In this document: piece after piece, positions 38,276 to 44,022 of the stretch | Position numbering within the stretch: position 1 is the stretch's first letter | Layout of the letters: each line of letters opens with the position of its first letter | Assembly (NCBI GenBank): GCA_049965775.1 | Contig: JBMFVX010000003.1 | Location: 1-44,022 of the forward strand | Source: Phycisphaerae bacterium | GTDB taxonomy: Bacteria > Planctomycetota > Phycisphaerae > WQYP01 | DNA: 44,022 bases | Direction of reading: 5' to 3' | Program-made: the position numbers and the translations under genes | The notes under the pieces: model-generated | Database searches by the model: none | The model's input: only the letters and a program-made list of their open reading frames with translations | What the model was told of the DNA's origin: nothing

Positions 38276-38998
38276 ATGAAAAGCATGCAAATTAAAAAGG
38301 CGGTGGTTTTGTTGAGCGGTGGGCTGGACTCGGCCACGGTATTGGCGATAGCCCGCCAACAAGGCTTTGCCTGTTACACTCTTGGTTTTGATTATGGCCA
38401 GCGCCATCGGCTGGAAATTCAGGCGGCTCAAGCCGTAGCGGCGTCGTTGGGCGTGGTGCAGCATCTGGTTTTGTCGGTAAATCTACGGGTGTTTGGTGGC
38501 TCGGCACTGACGGCGGAGCTGGCAGTTCCTAAAAATCGTCCTGGCCTTCATGACGGCGGCGAAATACCGGTGACGTATGTACCCGCACGCAATACGGTGT
38601 TTTTGTCTTTGGCGCTGGCATGGGCGGAAACGCTTGGTGCGTACGATCTTTTTTTGGGTGTAAATGCGCTGGATTATTCGGGCTATCCCGATTGCCGACC
38701 TGAATATATTGCGGCATTTGAAAAGTTGGCCAATTTGGCAACGGCCGCAGGCGTGGAAGAACGCGGACGCTTTCGTGTACATGCGCCGCTGATCAACATG
38801 CGCAAGGCAGATATTATTAAAATGGGGCTGTCATTGGGGGTGGATTACGGCCGCACCATATCGTGCTATGATCCAGACCATCAGGGGCGTAGTTGCGGTC
38901 AGTGCGATTCGTGCCGGCTTAGACTTGAAGCGTTTGCATCTATTGGTGTGGTTGATCCGGTTCGGTATGTAAAGGCCTGCAAGGACGTTGCCCCATGA
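38276..38998 (+). CDS. queC: 7-cyano-7-deazaguanine synthase
   Basis: [25 protein letters not shown] and SCY...CGQCDSC motifs. Confidence 0.97.
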   Translation: MKSMQIKKAVVLLSGGLDSATVLAIARQQGFACYTLGFDYGQRHRLEIQAAQAVAASLGVVQHLVLSVNLRVFGGSALTAELAVPKNRPGLHDGGEIPVTYVPARNTVFLSLALAWAETLGAYDLFLGVNALDYSGYPDCRPEYIAAFEKLANLATAAGVEERGRFRVHAPLINMRKADIIKMGLSLGVDYGRTISCYDPDHQGRSCGQCDSCRLRLEAFASIGVVDPVRYVKACKDVAP

Positions 38999-39708
38999 GG
39001 ATAGCCGAAGTTTTTGAGAGCGTTCAAGGGGAGGGCAAATGGCTGGGGATGCCGAGCCTGTTTATTCGTACCTCGGGCTGCAATTTGCGATGTTCGTGGT
39101 GCGACACACCGTATGCGTCGTGGCGGCCCGAAGGCGGTGAAATGTCGGTAGGCGAAATCCTGCGATTGGCTGGAGAGTCGCGATCTTTGCATGTGGTTAT
39201 AACCGGAGGCGAGCCGCTGATTCAACCGTTTGCTCAACTACGGGAACTTATCGAGGGGCTAAGGGAGCTGGGCAAAGTGATAACCGTCGAAACCGCCGGC
39301 ACGGTTTGGCAGGAATTGCCGGTGGACCTGGCAAGCATCAGCCCGAAACTGGCGAATTCCGCGCCGGATGCGAAGGAGCACCCGGGCTTGAGCGGCAAGA
39401 TGGTGAAACTGCATGAGAAGCGCAGAATAAACTTGGATATATTAAGGCAGTTTGCAAAGGGCACGACGATTAAGGAACGCCAATGGAAGTTTGTAGTGGC
39501 CGCCCCGTCGGACTTGGATGAGATCGAGGCCTTGTGTGCAAGAATTGAGGGGATACCGGCTCCCGATGTGTTTTTGATGCCCGAAGGCCGCACCATAGAG
39601 GAAATACGCCACAAGGGCGCTTGGATTGCCGCCGAATGTATTCGGCGAGGTTATCGTTACGGCCATAGGCTGCAAATAGAACTATTTGGCAATACGCGTG
39701 GCACCTGA
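38995..39708 (+). CDS. queE: 7-carboxy-7-deazaguanine synthase (radical SAM)
   Basis: [30 protein letters not shown] and SPKL motifs. Confidence 0.95.
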   Translation: MRIAEVFESVQGEGKWLGMPSLFIRTSGCNLRCSWCDTPYASWRPEGGEMSVGEILRLAGESRSLHVVITGGEPLIQPFAQLRELIEGLRELGKVITVETAGTVWQELPVDLASISPKLANSAPDAKEHPGLSGKMVKLHEKRRINLDILRQFAKGTTIKERQWKFVVAAPSDLDEIEALCARIEGIPAPDVFLMPEGRTIEEIRHKGAWIAAECIRRGYRYGHRLQIELFGNTRGT

Positions 39709-39759
39709 CCTGCAGCGGCTTTAATTGATCTGCAGGCCGTCATTTTTAAAGGACACACC

Positions 39760-40137
39760 ATGGCTAAGATAGGCAAACGACAACTGTCACCATCAAATTT
39801 GCTGGAATGGTTTGCGAACCCGCATCCGGCGAACGATTATGAGATCGAACACGTTGCAAGTGAGTTCACTTCGGTGTGTCCCAAAACAGGCCAGCCTGAT
39901 TTTGGGATAATTCGATTGATTTATGTTCCTGATGAGCGATGTGTGGAGCTTAAGAGTTATAAGTTTTATCTTCAGAGCTATCGGCAAAGAGGAATTTTTT
40001 ATGAAGATGTTACGAATGTTATTGCGGGGGACTTAGTTGCGGTTCTATCACCACGGCGATTAACGCTGATTAGTGAGTGGACGCCTCGTGGAGGTATTCG
40101 TTCCGTCATACGCTGTGAGTACAAAAAGAGCGGATAA
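39760..40137 (+). CDS. queF: preQ1 synthase (short type I)
   Basis: [23 protein letters not shown] and PRGGI motifs. Confidence 0.95.
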   Translation: MAKIGKRQLSPSNLLEWFANPHPANDYEIEHVASEFTSVCPKTGQPDFGIIRLIYVPDERCVELKSYKFYLQSYRQRGIFYEDVTNVIAGDLVAVLSPRRLTLISEWTPRGGIRSVIRCEYKKSG

Positions 40138-40181
40138 ATTATTCAGTTTGCCGCCATTGAGTGCATTGCGATGCGGCACCG

Positions 40182-40697
40182 TTATGGATTGTAGCTATAG
40201 AGCATGTCCGACTCGCCAAAAATGCCGTCGGGGCCGGCGCTTACAAAACAAGGTGTGTGTTGCGGGTTTTGGACGTTATAGGGTATGAACTGGATGGCGT
40301 TGCCAAAGGCGTCATTAATCGCCACGATTCCCTGCATAGAGCCGCCGCCCGGCCTGTTGATCGTACCGATAGATAGTAAATTGGCCGGCATGTTGGTGAG
40401 GCTGTTGGGATGCTCATGCCAGTTGCCATTGGTGTCTTGATAAGCGTATAGCCACTGATACTCCGTAAGAAAGGTGGGCATATCGGTTGGTTGCTGGTTG
40501 GTCTTATGCTTGAGCACGTCGAGCGACGCCTGCAAGTTGCGAAGTTCTGTTTGAGTCAGGGAGATACGCGTACTGATGAGTACGCTGCGCCCGGCAATGA
40601 GAACAATGCTGATGAGAGCCGTAATGACGAGTATGACCACCAGCATTTCAATAAGGGAGAATCCCCGCCGCCGCTCTGATTTAAGCATGTTAGTCAT
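40182..40697 (-). CDS. Type II secretion pseudopilin / pilin-like protein (GspG-like C-terminus)
   Basis: RRRGFSLIEMLVV prepilin motif; DAFGN...SAGPDG.FG..D C-terminus. Confidence 0.85.
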   Translation of the reverse strand: MTNMLKSERRRGFSLIEMLVVILVITALISIVLIAGRSVLISTRISLTQTELRNLQASLDVLKHKTNQQPTDMPTFLTEYQWLYAYQDTNGNWHEHPNSLTNMPANLLSIGTINRPGGGSMQGIVAINDAFGNAIQFIPYNVQNPQHTPCFVSAGPDGIFGESDMLYSYNP

Positions 40698-40974
40698 TTG
40701 TTCCCCCAAAAGGTCCTAAAACCGCCGGGCCGTTGTATTAAGGCCCGAATATGCCAAATTAAGGTGGCAAAGTTATGCAATGACATGCCATAAAAGTCAA
40801 GAAAAAAAGGACGTGATTGGCAGAATGTCTTTTTAGATGGTCATGACGCGGGTCAAAATACCTAGGGCCTGACAGTTGCATGTTTGGTGCGGGACTATCC
40901 GCAGGGTTACAATGGTTATCAGGTCGAAGGCTGCTTAAAGTCTGCCACGGGCGGGCGACGGCAGGGGTGTAAGC

Positions 40975-42726
40975 ATGTCAAGTAGAATTACATTTCAAGT
41001 GCGGACTCTCGGTGCGTTGGCTTGTGTGGCGGCAATGGCGGCAGCGGCTGCATCGCTGCTGAACATAAGCGCTGCCCGTGTGCAGGGAGATGAGATTTCT
41101 TTGGCTGATGGCCGCACCATCGAGGGGACTCTGCAGCGTCAGGATGGCAAATATTTGATAACGCCGGTAAACGGTGCGCCATTTACGGTTGGATTAAATC
41201 AGGTATCGGGCATTACGCTTGGACCAAGTCCGGCCAGCCCCGCCTATGCCCATCAGCAATGGCAGGGTGTTTTGACGAAACTCAATCGTTCGGATGATGC
41301 GATAAAGGCCATCGCGCTTATTGAAGCGTACCAAAAGAAGTTCCCACATTCGCCAGATGCCGCCCAAGTACAGAGTTCGCTGAAAGAATATCAGCATATA
41401 CAGCAGCTGGGGTTGGTGAAATATGCCGGAAAATGGGTAACACCATTGCAGCGTGAGACGATTCAAAGTCAGATGGACAGGGTGGTTGCTTCAGCCGAGG
41501 CGACGCTGCGTTCGGGTGATTTGCAATCCGCCAGCGCAAAAGTGCTGGGGGTGTTGAAACTCGATGCCGACAATGTGGGGGCATTGGTGGTGGGTGGGGT
41601 TGCGGAGTATCGCATGAATCATCTGCCGCAATCGGCACTGTTGCTTCGCAAAGCGGTCAAGCTGGCGCCGAACGATGCCGTCGCGTGGAACGATTTGGCT
41701 GTTGTGTCTTATGAGCAGAGGCAGCAGCCGCAGGCACTGAACTATTACACCAAGGCCGTCAATCTGGCGTCGGGCAATCGGCTGCTTTTAGACAATGTGG
41801 CTGCGGCACTGCATTTTTACAAGCATGATCGCAACGCCTATTTGTATAAAAATCTTCGGCACACGTTCACTCACGCTGATACGCAGATGCAGCTTAAACT
41901 TGCGCGGCAGGGTTTGTACCGCTACGGCGATACTTGGATTACCCGCAGTCAGCATGCCCGGCTGGCGGGTGTGCATTCACGATATGAAACGCAGAAGTTA
42001 ACGCTGGAAGCCCAATATGCCGGCGCCACGACGCGATTGGCCAGCGTGAACAAAGAAATAGCTGACGCCAATGATCGCATTAACCAGATCACAGCCGAAA
42101 TAGTGAATCTTGAACTTGCGCAGCAGGCGCTTCTGGCTCAAACGGGGGCCATCAACATTACAAATCAGGCGATTTTACAGGCCGATATAGCCCAGCTTAA
42201 TCATGAAAAGGCGGTGTTGGCGCAGCTTACCAACGATCGCAACAACCTTATTGCGGCCATTGAGCAAATGAAAGTGCAAGCCGCAAATATGATAAAGAAT
42301 CCGCCGCATACCGGCTACCTTGGCCTGCAGCAGATGATGCTGCCAGGCGATTTAACCCATCCGCCGCCGCCGCTGCCGCTGCTGATGCGCGCAAAAAACG
42401 CCCCGGTGCAGGCAGGGCCGCAGCGGGCAAAGAACAATGGGGCCGCACCGGTCATTAATGGTATGGGTATAAATCAAAGTCCGCTGGAAACGACCCCAGC
42501 AGCCTACGGCATTTATGACCAGCCGATCTACTTTGGTTCGTATGTGTTTTTAGGGTATCCGTTTATTTATTTTCCGCCGCAATGCGGGGGCCACCATGCA
42601 CCACAAACCGGAACGATTGATTTTCATAACCCGTTTTCACCGGGCGTAATTCAGAATGGCGGGCCGGGTGTTGTTCAAAACGGCGGGCCGGGCAATGTGC
42701 AGCCCAAAACCAATGAGCACCATTAG
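40975..42726 (+). CDS. Secreted TPR and coiled-coil protein
   Basis: Signal peptide, DEISLADGRTIEG beta domain, TPR motifs (AWNDLAVV..., ALNYYTKAV), a long heptad region and a Pro-rich tail. Confidence 0.8.
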   Translation: MSSRITFQVRTLGALACVAAMAAAAASLLNISAARVQGDEISLADGRTIEGTLQRQDGKYLITPVNGAPFTVGLNQVSGITLGPSPASPAYAHQQWQGVLTKLNRSDDAIKAIALIEAYQKKFPHSPDAAQVQSSLKEYQHIQQLGLVKYAGKWVTPLQRETIQSQMDRVVASAEATLRSGDLQSASAKVLGVLKLDADNVGALVVGGVAEYRMNHLPQSALLLRKAVKLAPNDAVAWNDLAVVSYEQRQQPQALNYYTKAVNLASGNRLLLDNVAAALHFYKHDRNAYLYKNLRHTFTHADTQMQLKLARQGLYRYGDTWITRSQHARLAGVHSRYETQKLTLEAQYAGATTRLASVNKEIADANDRINQITAEIVNLELAQQALLAQTGAINITNQAILQADIAQLNHEKAVLAQLTNDRNNLIAAIEQMKVQAANMIKNPPHTGYLGLQQMMLPGDLTHPPPPLPLLMRAKNAPVQAGPQRAKNNGAAPVINGMGINQSPLETTPAAYGIYDQPIYFGSYVFLGYPFIYFPPQCGGHHAPQTGTIDFHNPFSPGVIQNGGPGVVQNGGPGNVQPKTNEHH

Positions 42727-43109
42727 ATAATGAGTTTTGACTCGGGCTTTGCCTCGACGGCGGGGGTTGCGTTGCCTGTGACGCCGGAGTTAATGGCTTC
42801 CTGCACTTTCTGCATGAGATCCATGTATTCGACTTGCGCGGTAAGCAGCTTTTTGAGCAGTGGATGCATTGCGACGCTCTGTTGAATGGCTTCTATTTTC
42901 TGTTTTTCGGCAATTTCGATAGGTTGCATAGAGGCTTCTTTCATGGCGACGAGTTCCATGGCCTGCTCAAACTGTTGCAGGAGATTCTTTGCGCCAATGT
43001 CCAGATCAAGCTGGCGGGCAAGGGTGCGGTAATTCTGTACGGCCGGTTGCTGCGCAATGAGGGTTCCCAGTTTTTTGGATTCACTTAAGAGCATTGATTC
43101 TTCTGCCAC
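42723..43109 (-). CDS. YlbF/YmcA-family protein
   Basis: KKLGTLI...Y...LLQQFEQ...LLTAQVEYMDLMQKVQEAI helical pattern. GTG start after GAGGTG. Confidence 0.7.
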   Translation of the reverse strand: MAEESMLLSESKKLGTLIAQQPAVQNYRTLARQLDLDIGAKNLLQQFEQAMELVAMKEASMQPIEIAEKQKIEAIQQSVAMHPLLKKLLTAQVEYMDLMQKVQEAINSGVTGNATPAVEAKPESKLII

Positions 43110-43331
43110 AATACACCTCGGTAAGAGCACACTCGCTATCGGCCGTACCATCGGCCTGCAAACCACGAAGTATAGCAGCAGTTGCGATTGGCGACTATCA
43201 CAGCCCGAAAAAAGTGGAGCGATGCCGTCTGGAAAGCGCTTGTTGGAGGCCGTGATATGCTGCATATTCCGGGCGTGAGGAGAAATTCACAACCACCACC
43301 CATGCATGGTACACTAAACTTTGCGCAGGTT

Positions 43332-43991
43332 ATGTTGGAACCCGCCGGCAGGAGTTTGAGTTTGAGCCTGAAGCAAACATGCGAACGATGCAGTCAGACC
43401 GCTCCCGATGGTCGCTGGATTGTGGTATTTGGTAAACGGTTGTGCCGGGCTTGCGCGCATCAGATAGCGGGCTGGACTTCACCCGAACCGCAAACCAGTT
43501 CGTCGGTAACTACAAAGACGGTTGCGGATGATGTTCGCTTGTTCAAGGTGGCAGCGGCAAGTGCAGAAGTTGTATCCTTGCCGCAGACGGTTCCTGTGGC
43601 GGCATCTGCCACGGACGGGATAAACAGTTTACCAGACGATCAACCGTCCTTTCAGGATGCTGCAGTTGAGCCACAAAGCACCGACGCATTCAACAATGAT
43701 GAAACCGTGGGCGATTCAGAGGTTAATGATTCCGCGCCGTTACCGCCTGAAGGTGACAATGGCTCGGACATGCGACTGCTGAATACTGTGCTGCTGACAA
43801 TCAGCGCCATGATGTTGTTGGCTATCGGCGTACTGATTGGGATTTATTTATCGCCACCGCCCAAATCGGGTGGTCATGCAACGGGCGGGGCAGGCGAGGG
43901 CACCGGGGCCAAATCAGTTGTGGCGCCAGCGAAGGGCATCTCTCCTTGTCTTGCTTCAGTCGGAATTGGACAAGGGGGCTTTTGGCGTTAA
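43332..43991 (+). CDS. Hypothetical protein: CxxC...CxxC zinc finger, acidic linker, single TM helix
   Basis: CERC...CRAC, D/E/S-rich linker and LLTISAMMLLAIGVLIGIYL helix. Start uncertain. Confidence 0.6.
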   Translation: MLEPAGRSLSLSLKQTCERCSQTAPDGRWIVVFGKRLCRACAHQIAGWTSPEPQTSSSVTTKTVADDVRLFKVAAASAEVVSLPQTVPVAASATDGINSLPDDQPSFQDAAVEPQSTDAFNNDETVGDSEVNDSAPLPPEGDNGSDMRLLNTVLLTISAMMLLAIGVLIGIYLSPPPKSGGHATGGAGEGTGAKSVVAPAKGISPCLASVGIGQGGFWR

Positions 43992-44022
43992 GGATACAAT
44001 GGCGCCGTTTTTAGGAATCCGT

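Noticed and set aside
38276-40137. Dpd-type DNA 7-deazaguanine modification or defence island
   Set aside because: No dpdA/tgt paralogue or dpdB-K genes; queF and the housekeeping context indicate queuosine synthesis.

Overview
A bacterial chromosomal segment, most likely from Planctomycetota (Phycisphaerae-like). This is inferred from the PEP-CTERM, H-X9-DG/DUF1559 prepilin, XylR-type AraC, squalene-hopene cyclase, MqnA and YlbF genes. The first ~9.3 kb is accessory-rich. It holds a four-deep nest of insertion sequences (1-1533), a cysC-PHP-cysH sulfate assimilation operon, a truncated XylR-like regulator, a mosaic of short periodic repeats and hairpins (5260-5775) abutting an MNT-HEPN toxin-antitoxin pair, and a consensus promoter plus cobalamin riboswitch controlling a PEP-CTERM surface protein and a DUF1559 pilin-like protein. 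That last locus is the best candidate for an undescribed system, possibly non-canonical B12 capture. The rest is mostly housekeeping: GH88, pdhAB, MarR-wrbA, tRNA-Ala(GGC), guaA, lptB, nrnA-ribF, GT2/ArnT-like, pgi, hisC, shc, ppk2, mqnA, psd, queCEF, a pseudopilin, a TPR protein and YlbF. It also contains two apparent pseudo-enzymes (GH10-like and APH-like) and a divergent glycogen-synthase-like protein. No CRISPR array or rRNA is visible. All calls come from reading motifs by eye; no database searches were run.
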